The translations under genes and the position numbers were made by a program. A stretch of DNA of 64,000 nt from an uncultured Holophaga sp. (GTDB lineage Bacteria; Acidobacteriota; Holophagae; Holophagales; Holophagaceae), in NCBI GenBank assembly GCA_963664825.1, contig OY761614.1, forward strand, positions 160,001 to 224,000, read 5' to 3'. Each line of letters begins with the position of its first letter. Position 1 is the stretch's first letter. This document shows positions 21,647 through 30,717 of this stretch, piece by piece. Under the pieces are notes generated by a model. That model made no database searches, was not told the origin of the DNA, and saw only the letters and a list, made by a program, of their open reading frames with translations.

Positions 21647-22795
21647 ATGAACACCAAGATCCTGTTCGTGGATGACGAGGAGAATATCCTGCTGGCCTAT
21701 GCCCGCAGCCTGCGAAAACGCTTCCAGATGTCGACGGCCCTGGGGGGACAGGAGGCCCTCTACCGGTTGCAGCACGAGGGCCCCTTTGCCGTGATCATCA
21801 CGGATATGCGGATGCCGGGCATGGACGGCGTGCAGCTCCTGGAGGAAGCCCAGCTGTGTTCCCCGGACACGGTGCGCATGATGCTCACCGGCAACTCCGA
21901 TCAGCAGACCGCCATGGAGGCGGTGAACAAGGGCGCCATCTTCCGCTTCCTTACCAAGCCCTGCGACACGGAGGATCTGGCCAGGGCCCTCGGGGCCGCC
22001 CTGGAACAGCATCGCCTGCTCACGGTGGAAAAGGATCTCCTGGAGCGCACGCTCAAGGGTGCCATCCTGATGCTCGGCGAACTGCTATCCATGCTGGACC
22101 CGGCCTCCTTCGGACGCTCCCAGCAGGTGGCCGATCTGGCCAAGCGCATCGGCCAGGAGATGGCCATGGAAGATGCCTGGATGATGGAGGTCGCCGCCGT
22201 GCTCGCCCATATCGGCATCCATACCCTGCCCCCCACCGTGCTGGCCAAGCTGCAGAGCGGCGCCTTCATGGGGGCCGTGGAGCGGGAGATGTGCCATTCC
22301 ATCCCCGAGATCGGTGCCAATCTCATCCGCTGCATTCCACGCCTGGACGATGTGGCCAGCATCGTCTATTACGGCCAGAAGAATTTCAATGGCACGGGCT
22401 TTCCCCCCGACGACGTCAAGGGCGACCTGCTGCCCATGGGATCGCGGATTCTAAGGGTGGCTTCGGATTTCGTCACGGTCCTCGCCCAGAAGGGTTCTTC
22501 CAGCGCCGCCATCCGAGACATGTCCACCCGCCTGGCCTGGTACGACCCCAGGGTGCTCCAGACCCTGCGGGCCCTCCTGGCCCACCGGGAGGATCTCGAT
22601 AGCGAGCAGTCCCTTCGCCCCGTCACCTTCGAAGAACTCCAGGTGGGCCAGCGCCTGGCGGAAAATGTCGAGACCCTGGAGACCTGGATGGTGCTGCCAA
22701 AAAATACGGTCATCGGCAGAACCCACCTGGAGAAGATGCGGAATTTCCACCGGCTCACCGGGCTTAAGGAACCCATCCTCGTCTTTGACGAATAG
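21647..22795 (+). CDS. Response regulator with degenerate HD-GYP-like domain (paralog)
   Basis: ATG 21647 (MNTKILFVDDE); LAHIG, NGTGFP, LPMGSRIL. Confidence 0.88.
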   Translation: MNTKILFVDDEENILLAYARSLRKRFQMSTALGGQEALYRLQHEGPFAVIITDMRMPGMDGVQLLEEAQLCSPDTVRMMLTGNSDQQTAMEAVNKGAIFRFLTKPCDTEDLARALGAALEQHRLLTVEKDLLERTLKGAILMLGELLSMLDPASFGRSQQVADLAKRIGQEMAMEDAWMMEVAAVLAHIGIHTLPPTVLAKLQSGAFMGAVEREMCHSIPEIGANLIRCIPRLDDVASIVYYGQKNFNGTGFPPDDVKGDLLPMGSRILRVASDFVTVLAQKGSSSAAIRDMSTRLAWYDPRVLQTLRALLAHREDLDSEQSLRPVTFEELQVGQRLAENVETLETWMVLPKNTVIGRTHLEKMRNFHRLTGLKEPILVFDE

Positions 22796-22834
22796 CCCTG
22801 GGCCACACAGCCGTTCCTAGGGACAGAACGCGGC

Positions 22835-23725
22835 CTAGCCTTGCTGCGGCACAGGGTTGGCCTTGCTCCCCACCCGGGAGGCCAGCCACCCGGCCAAACA
22901 GATGATCGCTCCACCCCCCCCAAGGCGAAGCCAGATGGCCTTTTCCCGGAAGAGCAGAAGGGCCACGAGCACGGCCAAGGGGATCTTGAGATCGTTCATC
23001 ACGGCCAGGACGCCTGCGTTCACCTTCAGAGCCCCCACATTCCAGAGGAAGAAGCACAACCCCGAGGCGATCCCACCCAGGTAGAAGAGCACACCCCATT
23101 GGGTCCAGCTCAAGACAGGCAGCCCTTGGCGCGCCAGGGCGGGCAGGGCCGCGAGACCTGCCACCGCGGCGGCTCCCACCGCACACCAGGCGAAGGCTTC
23201 GGAATTTTTGAGCCCCAGGCCTCGGCCCATGGCCCGGCGATACCAGATCTGTCCGAGGGCGAAGCACAGATTGGAGGCCTGGATCAGCAGAAGCCCTCGC
23301 AGGGAGGCCGATCCCCAACCCTTCAACCCCATATCCAGGACACCAAGGCTGATGGCGGTCCCCAGCGCCGAGAGCAGCGCGCATCCCAGGAAAGCCCACT
23401 GGATCCGGCGCTCCAGGAGATCATCGAGCAGGACCACATAGAGGGGAGTCATGATGGTGGCCAGGGCCGCCTCGTAGGCTTTCAACATTCCAAAGGAGCG
23501 CGTGTAGAAGAAATACATCGCTCCGAATTGAATCGCCCCAATGGCGGCGAGTTCCAGGGCCTTCCGGGCGCCCGCCTTCTTCCAGGGCAGGAAGGGCAGG
23601 AACACCGCCAGGCTGAGCCCCAGACGGATGGCGTTGACGAAGTCCGGGGGCACGGTGACCAGGTAGGTCTTGATGAGGCTGAAGGAGGCAGCCCAGATGA
23701 AGGAGACCAGGAGGAGATTCAGCAA
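22835..23725 (-). CDS. EamA/DMT family transporter
   Basis: About 10 TM helices, IWAASFSLIK...IRLGL pattern; probable TTG start overlapping the elbB stop. Confidence 0.85.
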   Translation of the reverse strand: MLNLLLVSFIWAASFSLIKTYLVTVPPDFVNAIRLGLSLAVFLPFLPWKKAGARKALELAAIGAIQFGAMYFFYTRSFGMLKAYEAALATIMTPLYVVLLDDLLERRIQWAFLGCALLSALGTAISLGVLDMGLKGWGSASLRGLLLIQASNLCFALGQIWYRRAMGRGLGLKNSEAFAWCAVGAAAVAGLAALPALARQGLPVLSWTQWGVLFYLGGIASGLCFFLWNVGALKVNAGVLAVMNDLKIPLAVLVALLLFREKAIWLRLGGGGAIICLAGWLASRVGSKANPVPQQG

Positions 23726-24399
23726 CGTCGCAAGACTTCCATCACACACCTCTCGATCCCGATCCACACATCGCTCAGCCTCGCGTCGTCAAACATGTAG
23801 GCGGGGGTGGTGACGAGCTTGCAGGCCTCGTCGATGACGATCTCCCGGGCCGAAGCGACGCTCTGATAGGCATGGCCCAGCTTCTCCATGGTCGCCCGAA
23901 CCTCCGGCCCCTTCCCCAGCGTCAGGCGCGCCGCTTTCCCCTGCTGGGCCAGGCAAAGGGCGACCAGGGCCGGCGCGATGCAGATGGCCCCCACGGGCTT
24001 CCCAGCCTGGAAGAAGCCCTGGATGAAGGCGGCTACCTCCGGGCGCACCTCGGCCTCCGCCCCCCGGGACGCGAAGTCGCAGAGATTCTTGGCGACGCCC
24101 AACCCGCCCGGAAGCAGCAGGGCATCGTAGTCCGAGGGTTGGGCTTGGGCCAGATCCAGGCATTTCCCCGCCCGCGCGATGCGGCTCGCTTCCTCCAGGA
24201 TATTGCGCGCCCCTCCAGCCACGACCTGCCCCGTGGCATGGTTCAGCACGCCCGCCTGGGGGGCGTCCGGCGCGAGGCACTGGTACTCGGCCCCATGCTG
24301 ATCCAAGGCCAGCAAGGTAAAGACCGCTTCGCGGATCTCCGCCCCATCCCCATGCCCACACCCTGCCAGAAGGACGGCGACCTTGGGAACGCGGGCCAT
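23719..24399 (-). CDS. elbB: ElbB/ES1 family (DJ-1/GATase-like) glyoxalase
   Basis: VAVLLAGCG..DGAEI.E, PGG.GVAKNL, GAICIAP, LVTTPAYM. Confidence 0.92.
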   Translation of the reverse strand: MARVPKVAVLLAGCGHGDGAEIREAVFTLLALDQHGAEYQCLAPDAPQAGVLNHATGQVVAGGARNILEEASRIARAGKCLDLAQAQPSDYDALLLPGGLGVAKNLCDFASRGAEAEVRPEVAAFIQGFFQAGKPVGAICIAPALVALCLAQQGKAARLTLGKGPEVRATMEKLGHAYQSVASAREIVIDEACKLVTTPAYMFDDARLSDVWIGIERCVMEVLRRC

Positions 24400-24568
24400 G
24401 GCAGCCTCCAGAAAAGGGATTCGGAAAGAGTATGACGACAGAACCTGTGGCTCACAAAATAAGAAAAAAACGATGTTTCAAAATTCCAACAAATACCGGT
24501 CTAGAATCGGAAAGGTTTGAATCATTTTTTTCTCTCGAGTAGATAAATTTACCACACTGGAGGCAGGC

Positions 24569-27500
24569 ATGTCCTTTAGGAAACTCACGGCCCACATGGG
24601 CCTTGCGCTTGTGTGCGCCCTATCCCTGGGGCTGACACTCGCATGCGGAGGCGGAGGCGGATCCAAGGCAGTGGCACAGAGCGTCAAGGCCGCCGCACCC
24701 ACCATCACGACCCAACCCATGCCAGCACGCACTGTCACGGAAGGCGCCAGCGCCTCCTTCAGCGTGACCGCGACCAGCCCGGATGGCGGCACCCTCTCCT
24801 ACCAGTGGATGAAGGGCACCACCGCCCTGACCGGCAAAACCACCAGCGACCTCGCCATTAATCCCGTCGCACTCACGGACGCTGGCAGCTATACCGTCGT
24901 CGTCACAAACACATTGAACGGCACCGCCGCCAGCACCACCAGCAACTCTGCCGTGCTCACCGTCAACGCGAAGGCCAGTGCGCCCACCATCACCACCCAG
25001 CCCACGGCAACACAGACCGCACTTGTGGGGACCAGCGCCTCTATCAGCGTGAGCGCAACCAGCCCAGATGGCGGCACCCTCTCCTACCAGTGGATGAAGG
25101 GAACCACCCCTGTTGGTGGTAACAACAGCAGCCTGACTCTGAATCCAGTCGCCCTCTCGGACGCGGGCAGCTACACCGTTGTCGTCACAAACACACTGAA
25201 CGGCACAGCAGCCATCGCCACAAGCGATGCGTCTGTACTCACCGTTACAGTTCCCCAGGCTAGTGCGCCCATCATTAGAGCCCAGCCCACGCCAACGCTC
25301 ACAGTCACGGAAGGCGCCAGCGCCTTCTTCAGCGTGGACGCAACCAGCCCAGATGGTGGCACCCTCTCCTACCTATGGATGAAGGGCACCACCCCTGTTG
25401 CCAGTATCAACAGCAGCCTGACCCTGAACCCTGTCGCCCTCTCGGACGCGGGCAGCTACACCGTCGTCGTCACGAACACATTGTTCGGCACGACAGCCAT
25501 CGCGACGAGCGATCCGGCCGTACTCGTTGTCACCGAAGCGACGTTAACGATCGCGCAGGATCTGGCCTCCACCGAAGTCACCGTCCCGGATGGCGCGACC
25601 TTTACCGTCCAGACCACCGGAGGCAATCGGAACGCCCTTCACTACACCTGGACGAGGGAAAGGAAGACCCCCGGTGATGTCAGTGATACGGCGGCTGATA
25701 TAGCGTTCACTTATCAAGACAAACCCACACTAACCATCACCGCCACGGATCTGCGGCATGTGGCTGATGCTTACAGGGTGACCGTAACCGATGGCGTGAC
25801 GACCCTCACCAGCAGCACTGCCACGCTGGCGGTCAAGGCCCCCAAGCCTGTCTACGCCGGGGATCCTCTCCAGAATCTCGACCCCGCCCATCTCTACGAA
25901 GTGCACGGATCCTATTACCTCTCGGCACCCGCCGATACCGCCTTGGGATCCTTCCGCTACGGGTACGATTCCACCGTGCTGAACCCCGCCTGGTCCGCCG
26001 CCTGCTTCTTCCCCATTATGGGCAACTTTACCCAGTCACGACCGGATGGAACCAACGCCTATCCCACCGATGACCACATCACGCTGGGCACGCCCCTGGA
26101 TGCCAGCGCCTACACCGGAACCGGGTACAGCCGCGGCCATCAGACGGGCTACGCAGATCTCGCGAACCGCTTCGGCCAGGCCGCCGGCAATTCCACGATG
26201 TTCATGACCAATATGTGTCCTCAGACCCAGGTCCTCAATGGAGGCGTTTGGGTGCAACTGGCGGATGCCATCAACGGGGGAATCAGTTCCACCTCCTTCA
26301 CCAACTCCTTCGGGCGCGTCTGGGTCTACACGGGTCCCATCTTTGCCGAAGCGGTGGTATCACCCATCGGTATCCGCAGCATCCCAGTTCCATCGGCCTT
26401 CTACAACGTCATCGTGCGGGAAACCGAGACCGCGGGTGGCCCCGTGGGTACCCCCAAGGTGCTCGCCCTGATCACGCCTCACAGCACCACCATCTGGGAC
26501 GCCACCCTTTCCACCCCGGCATATCGCAACCTGACCCTGGCCGATTGCTGGAAGTACGTCACCACCGTCGATCGGGTGCAGGCACTCACGGGGCTCACGT
26601 TCTTCCCCTCGCCCGCCTCTCCCCTGTCCGCCGAGTTCACATCCACGGTGGACGTGAGAGGCTGGGGCACCACTCTGGAAAACGGCATCGGCAAGCCCAA
26701 TGTCCACATCATTGAGCCGTCCTGGGATTCCACCTACAACCTGGGGCTCCCACTCACGACGGTGAAGGTCAAGACCGGAACAATCAACCAGGGCATCAAG
26801 TTCATCGGCCAAGCCACTACCAGTGGGACAGGCACAGCCTCAACCATCGCCTCCACCACTTGGACATTCGGTGACGGTACAACGGATAACACCCCAAACA
26901 CGACACATGTTTACGCGACTCCTGGCGATTACACGGTCACCTTTACGGCCACGGATGGGGCCGACGTTTCCAACACCGTCAGCCGAAGGATCACAATCAT
27001 CAGTGACATTCCCAGCGCCCCATCCATCTCCCTGATCGCCGACACAAGCACCAATGACACGACCACCAAGACCATCACTTTCACCGTTACGGATGACGCC
27101 ACCGTGGCCAGTTCCATTAATGTCACGGCGACTTCTGATACCCCCAGCGTACTGGCGGATTCTCTCGTCGTAAAAAATACAAATGGCACCTGCACATTGG
27201 ATCTCAAGCCCATCGCGAGCTCCCTGGGCACTTCAAAAGTCACTGTTACAGCCATCAATGCGGCAGGACTTTCTTCGACCCAGAGTTTCACCCTCACTGT
27301 GATTGCCACGCCGAACTACCTGCTCAACGAGACCTTTGAACAAGGATCGCGGGCATCCTACACCACGGCCGGGAACACGGATCTGAAGAGTGGGACATGG
27401 ACCTTCACTCAAGCCTTGCTTGGAAAGGATACGGCCGACATCAAGAATGGTACCCAGGCCGTCCGGTTCCAGAAAAAGGTCGCAGGATCACTCGCCATGA

Positions 27501-27760
27501 CATTCCCCGTGACCAATCCCACAACCGTCAATCTGTCCCATGCACTTTACGGCACCAGCACTGGTTCTGCCGTGTGGGGCCTCTATTATTCTATCAATGG
27601 CGGGGCTTGGACTCAGGCCGGGACTAACGTCACAACGACCTCCCACACTCTGACCACGACGACTTTCCCCGTCAATCTCACAGGGTCCGTGCTCTTCAGG
27701 GTCCAGACCGACGCAACTTCAACGATTCAGCTCAACCTGGATGATTTCCAGATCCAGTAG
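24569..27760 (+). CDS. Surface lipoprotein: Ig repeats + DNA/RNA non-specific endonuclease + PKD + beta-sandwich domains
   Basis: Lipobox LTLAC-GGGG; three tandem Ig repeats; YSRGHQ and TMFMTNMCPQ...LNGGVW (Serratia-type/EndoG nuclease); WTFGDG...THVYATPGDYTV (PKD). Confidence 0.88.
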   Translation: MSFRKLTAHMGLALVCALSLGLTLACGGGGGSKAVAQSVKAAAPTITTQPMPARTVTEGASASFSVTATSPDGGTLSYQWMKGTTALTGKTTSDLAINPVALTDAGSYTVVVTNTLNGTAASTTSNSAVLTVNAKASAPTITTQPTATQTALVGTSASISVSATSPDGGTLSYQWMKGTTPVGGNNSSLTLNPVALSDAGSYTVVVTNTLNGTAAIATSDASVLTVTVPQASAPIIRAQPTPTLTVTEGASAFFSVDATSPDGGTLSYLWMKGTTPVASINSSLTLNPVALSDAGSYTVVVTNTLFGTTAIATSDPAVLVVTEATLTIAQDLASTEVTVPDGATFTVQTTGGNRNALHYTWTRERKTPGDVSDTAADIAFTYQDKPTLTITATDLRHVADAYRVTVTDGVTTLTSSTATLAVKAPKPVYAGDPLQNLDPAHLYEVHGSYYLSAPADTALGSFRYGYDSTVLNPAWSAACFFPIMGNFTQSRPDGTNAYPTDDHITLGTPLDASAYTGTGYSRGHQTGYADLANRFGQAAGNSTMFMTNMCPQTQVLNGGVWVQLADAINGGISSTSFTNSFGRVWVYTGPIFAEAVVSPIGIRSIPVPSAFYNVIVRETETAGGPVGTPKVLALITPHSTTIWDATLSTPAYRNLTLADCWKYVTTVDRVQALTGLTFFPSPASPLSAEFTSTVDVRGWGTTLENGIGKPNVHIIEPSWDSTYNLGLPLTTVKVKTGTINQGIKFIGQATTSGTGTASTIASTTWTFGDGTTDNTPNTTHVYATPGDYTVTFTATDGADVSNTVSRRITIISDIPSAPSISLIADTSTNDTTTKTITFTVTDDATVASSINVTATSDTPSVLADSLVVKNTNGTCTLDLKPIASSLGTSKVTVTAINAAGLSSTQSFTLTVIATPNYLLNETFEQGSRASYTTAGNTDLKSGTWTFTQALLGKDTADIKNGTQAVRFQKKVAGSLAMTFPVTNPTTVNLSHALYGTSTGSAVWGLYYSINGGAWTQAGTNVTTTSHTLTTTTFPVNLTGSVLFRVQTDATSTIQLNLDDFQIQ
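24695..25533 (+). repeat. Three tandem intragenic Ig-domain repeats (about 280-290 bp)
   Basis: AP.I..QP...ATSPDGGTLSY.WMKGTT...DAGSYTVVVTNTL occurs three times with near-identical DNA. Confidence 0.9.
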
Positions 27761-27783
27761 TTCACATTGCCTGAATCACCCAC

Positions 27784-27815
27784 CATCGCGCCCCTTTGGG
27801 GGCGCGATGCTTTTT
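27784..27815 (+). terminator. Intrinsic terminator of the nuclease gene
   Basis: catcgcgcccc-tttg-ggggcgcgatg followed by cttttt. Confidence 0.85.
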
Positions 27816-27845
27816 GCCTCGGCTTCTCCCTGCCATCCTGAATCC

Positions 27846-29003
27846 ATGCGCACGTCCTCCCGCCTCCCCCCGTCCTTCCAGCCCAACGCCCTCAGTGCGG
27901 AGCTGGAACGATTGAGGGAGGCGGGTGCGTCCTGGCTGGATCTGACGGTCTCCAACCCCACGGGCTGCGGCTTCGAATACCCGGAAGAGGCCATTCGCGA
28001 AGCCCTGGGCGGGACGGGCGTGCTGGGCTACGCTCCGGATGCCCAAGGGTCGAGGCGGGCCCGGGAGGCCATCGCCGCCTGGCACGGCCACGGGGTGGCC
28101 CTTGAGGATCTGGTGCTCACGGCCTCCACGTCGGAGGCCTATTCCTGGCTCTTCAAGCTCCTGGGAGACCCCGGGGACGAGATCCTGGTGCCCTCCCCCA
28201 GCTATCCCCTCTTCGAGTGGCTGGCGCGACTGGAGGGCCTGGAAGCGAGATCGGTGCCCGCCTACTACGCGGATCGCTGGCATCTGGATCTGGGCGCCCT
28301 CGACTCGGCCTGCGGGCCCCGCACCCGGGCCATCGTGGTGGTGAACCCCAATAACCCCACGGGACATTTCCTGTCCAAGGGCGAATGGGAAGCTCTCGAG
28401 GCCCTCTGCGCGCGCAGGGGCCTGGCCCTCATCGTCGATGAGGTCTTCGCCGACTATTCCCTAGAGCCCTCGCCAGACCGCCTGGCCACCGCCTTGGAGG
28501 ACTGGACTCCCCCCTGCCCCCTCTTCGTGCTCTCGGGACTTTCGAAGGTGGCCGCCCTACCCCAGATCAAGCTGGGCTGGATCATCGCCCGGGGCCTCGG
28601 GGCCAAAGCCCTACTGGAGCCCCTGGCCTTCATCGCCGATCAGTTCCTCTCCGCCGGGGCCCCGGCCCAGGCCGCAGCCCCGGAGCTCTTAAGCCTGGCC
28701 CCGGGCATCCAGCACCAACTCCTCGCCCGTCTCCGGAGCAACCTCGCCACCCTGGACGCACGGCTTCAGGCCTTTCCACACCTCTCCAGGCTCCCCGTGG
28801 AGGGCGGCTGGTCCGTCCTGCTGCGGCGTCCCGCCCTGGACTCCGACGAGGCCTGCGCCCTGCGCCTGCTGCGGGAGGCGAGGGTGCTGGTGCAGCCTGG
28901 GCACTACTTCGATCTGGGCTCGGACGCCTATCTCGTCCTCAGCCTGCTGGGGCCGGAACTCATCTTCCGGGAAGCCCTTACGCGCATGCTGCCCTTCGTC
29001 TGA
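27846..29003 (+). CDS. PLP-dependent aminotransferase class I/II
   Basis: VNPNNPTG, DEVFADY, SGLSK (PLP lysine), KLGW. Confidence 0.9.
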   Translation: MRTSSRLPPSFQPNALSAELERLREAGASWLDLTVSNPTGCGFEYPEEAIREALGGTGVLGYAPDAQGSRRAREAIAAWHGHGVALEDLVLTASTSEAYSWLFKLLGDPGDEILVPSPSYPLFEWLARLEGLEARSVPAYYADRWHLDLGALDSACGPRTRAIVVVNPNNPTGHFLSKGEWEALEALCARRGLALIVDEVFADYSLEPSPDRLATALEDWTPPCPLFVLSGLSKVAALPQIKLGWIIARGLGAKALLEPLAFIADQFLSAGAPAQAAAPELLSLAPGIQHQLLARLRSNLATLDARLQAFPHLSRLPVEGGWSVLLRRPALDSDEACALRLLREARVLVQPGHYFDLGSDAYLVLSLLGPELIFREALTRMLPFV

Positions 29004-29078
29004 ATGTGGTCTACTTAATGGGCGGGGGCAGACGCCAAGGGCTTTGGCACTGCCTCCCAATCCACGGACCGAGGACAC

Positions 29079-30110
29079 ATGCCTTACGCCAGTGAAGGGA
29101 CTTTCCGGGAATGCCTGTCCCTTCATGCCACCCATAGCAACCATCCCGTGACCCTCCTGACCCCGCATCTCTTCTTCAGCACCGAGGGCGGGACCCTGTT
29201 TCCCCTGAAACGCCGCCTCGGGTGCGTGATGATGACCTGCGACCCGCTGCTGGTGGATGAGGATCCGGCCCAGGCCCTCCAAGCCTTCGACCAGGCCCAT
29301 GGCTCCGATTGCGTGGTACTGGCCTCCATCACGGGCCCGGTGGCCCAGATCCTGGCCGCCCGTGGATATGCCGTCTTCAAGCTCGGCGAGGAGCCCTGGG
29401 TGGATCTCTCAGACTTCCAGCCCAGAGGCAACCGCGGGAAGGGCATCCGGGCCGCGCGGAACCAGGCCCTGCGCTCGGGATGCGAAACCGGTGAATGGAG
29501 CCCCGAAGCCCTCCAGGCCGATCGCCTTGAAATCGAAGCGGTCTTCGAGGAATGGCGAGGCCTGTCCATCCTCTCGATGGAGGGGGGCATCCTGGGCACG
29601 AATCCCTTCGCCGATATCCCCGGACGGCGATTCTTCTGGGTCCGCCGGAATGGGCGCCTGGAGGCCGTCCTGGTGGCCACGCCGATCCGCATCGGCGTCT
29701 GCTACTACCTCGAGGACCTCGTCTACCGGAAGGATGCCTGCCGAGGGGCGCAGGAACTCATCACCCTGGCCTCCATGGAGCGCCTGCATCAGGACGGGGC
29801 GGAACGCGTGAGCCTGGGCCTGGTCTTGCAGCGCAAGCCCGAAAGGGCCGCCCTGGGCCAGAGTTCCGGAGGATTCTGGCTGGCGGCCACCCGGACCCTC
29901 AGCCGCTGGTTCTACAACGCCCAGGGGCAGGATCTCTTCCGGAAACGGTTCCAGATCGCCACCTGGGAACCGACCTACTTCGCCTATCGCGGCCCCCGCT
30001 CAGGCCCCCTGAAGCATCTCGCCCTGCCCTGGGCCACACTGGCCCTCATGGCCAGCCTGGAACCCCGGCTGCGCTGGCCCCACGGATTGGTGAGCCGTCC
30101 CCGGAGTTGA
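29079..30110 (+). CDS. Stand-alone MprF-type aminoacyl-tRNA-dependent transferase domain (DUF2156 / LPG synthase C-terminal)
   Basis: KLGEEPWVDLSDF..RG..GKGIR.A.N, LEDL.YRKDA..G..E, VSLGL and FYN.QG...FRKRF....WEPTYFAY match the MprF catalytic domain. No N-terminal flippase TM region. Confidence 0.85.
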   Translation: MPYASEGTFRECLSLHATHSNHPVTLLTPHLFFSTEGGTLFPLKRRLGCVMMTCDPLLVDEDPAQALQAFDQAHGSDCVVLASITGPVAQILAARGYAVFKLGEEPWVDLSDFQPRGNRGKGIRAARNQALRSGCETGEWSPEALQADRLEIEAVFEEWRGLSILSMEGGILGTNPFADIPGRRFFWVRRNGRLEAVLVATPIRIGVCYYLEDLVYRKDACRGAQELITLASMERLHQDGAERVSLGLVLQRKPERAALGQSSGGFWLAATRTLSRWFYNAQGQDLFRKRFQIATWEPTYFAYRGPRSGPLKHLALPWATLALMASLEPRLRWPHGLVSRPRS

Positions 30111-30164
30111 ACCGGGGGTCTTGCCGGTAAAGGGCCGGCTGCTCTAGCACTAAGCTAACGACTC
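30088..30164 (-). tRNA. Non-canonical tRNA-Lys(CTT)-like gene with encoded CCA
   Basis: GAGTCGT TA GCTT AGTGCTA GAGC A GCCGG CCCTTTA CCGGC AAGAC CCCCGG TTCAACT CCGGGG ACGGCTC A CCA. Four paired stems, U8/A14, G15/C48, TTC loop and A73; acceptor stem resembles bacterial tRNA-Lys. A -10-like TAAACT lies 7 nt upstream. Confidence 0.85.
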
Positions 30165-30279
30165 TGGGTCCAGTTTAGTCGCATCCATCCAAGCTGCAGG
30201 AAATACTTGGTGGCCCGGCTCTTACCCGGCTGGAAGTCTTTGGAGACGTGCGCCGCCCCAAGGGAACGGCCCCTGGTTT

Positions 30280-30717
30280 TTAATGCTTTTCAGCCATGTG
30301 CGCGAGCTTGCGCGCGGCGATGGGAACGCTCTCCCGCAGGCGGCGCCCAAGGGTCAGCCCCAGGTACCAGGCCATGATTCCGCGCGATTCCACGCGGTGG
30401 GTAAGCTTGGTGCCCAGGCTGGAGGGTTCAAGGCTGTGCACGAAGATGAGATTCGAGCCCAAGGTGCGCACGAGGCATGTGAAGCTGCGGCCCTCCACCA
30501 ACTCCACCACCCGAAAGGGCACCCGCTCTCCGCCGCACCACTTGATGGCGCCGGAACTGCCCACAGTCACCGGGCCCTGGATCGTGGCCCACTCGAGGCC
30601 CTCATCCCAGCCCGGCCACCCAGCCACATCCATCCAGCAGCGCCAGATGGATTCTGGTGAGGTCGTGGTCTCCAGCGTGTGTTGGACATGCCACATCCGC
30701 GTCTCCTCGTCCCGCAT
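30280..30717 (-). CDS. SRPBCC / polyketide cyclase family protein
   Basis: PESIW..WMDV.GWP.WD, GP..VGS.G and TKLTH pattern. Confidence 0.8.
   Translation of the reverse strand: MRDEETRMWHVQHTLETTTSPESIWRCWMDVAGWPGWDEGLEWATIQGPVTVGSSGAIKWCGGERVPFRVVELVEGRSFTCLVRTLGSNLIFVHSLEPSSLGTKLTHRVESRGIMAWYLGLTLGRRLRESVPIAARKLAHMAEKH

Noticed and set aside
24400..30110. Genomic island integrated at the tRNA 3' end
   Set aside because: No integrase and no duplicated tRNA 3' end seen by eye.
30088..30164. tRNA-Sec or tRNA-Pyl identity
   Set aside because: The anticodon is not TCA or CTA, there is no long variable arm, the discriminator is A, and no sel/pyl genes are in the window.
30088..30274. 6S RNA or tmRNA reading of the 30088-30274 region (GGGCCGTTCCC can pair with the tRNA 3' end)
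   Set aside because: A complete 77-nt cloverleaf explains the 3' part. There is no tag ORF or length for tmRNA, and the upstream segment forms its own local hairpin after the SRPBCC stop.
30208..30275. Second tRNA-like end (...GCCGGGCCACCA) on the minus strand
   Set aside because: No TTC loop and no 7-bp acceptor pairing; it cannot be folded into a cloverleaf.
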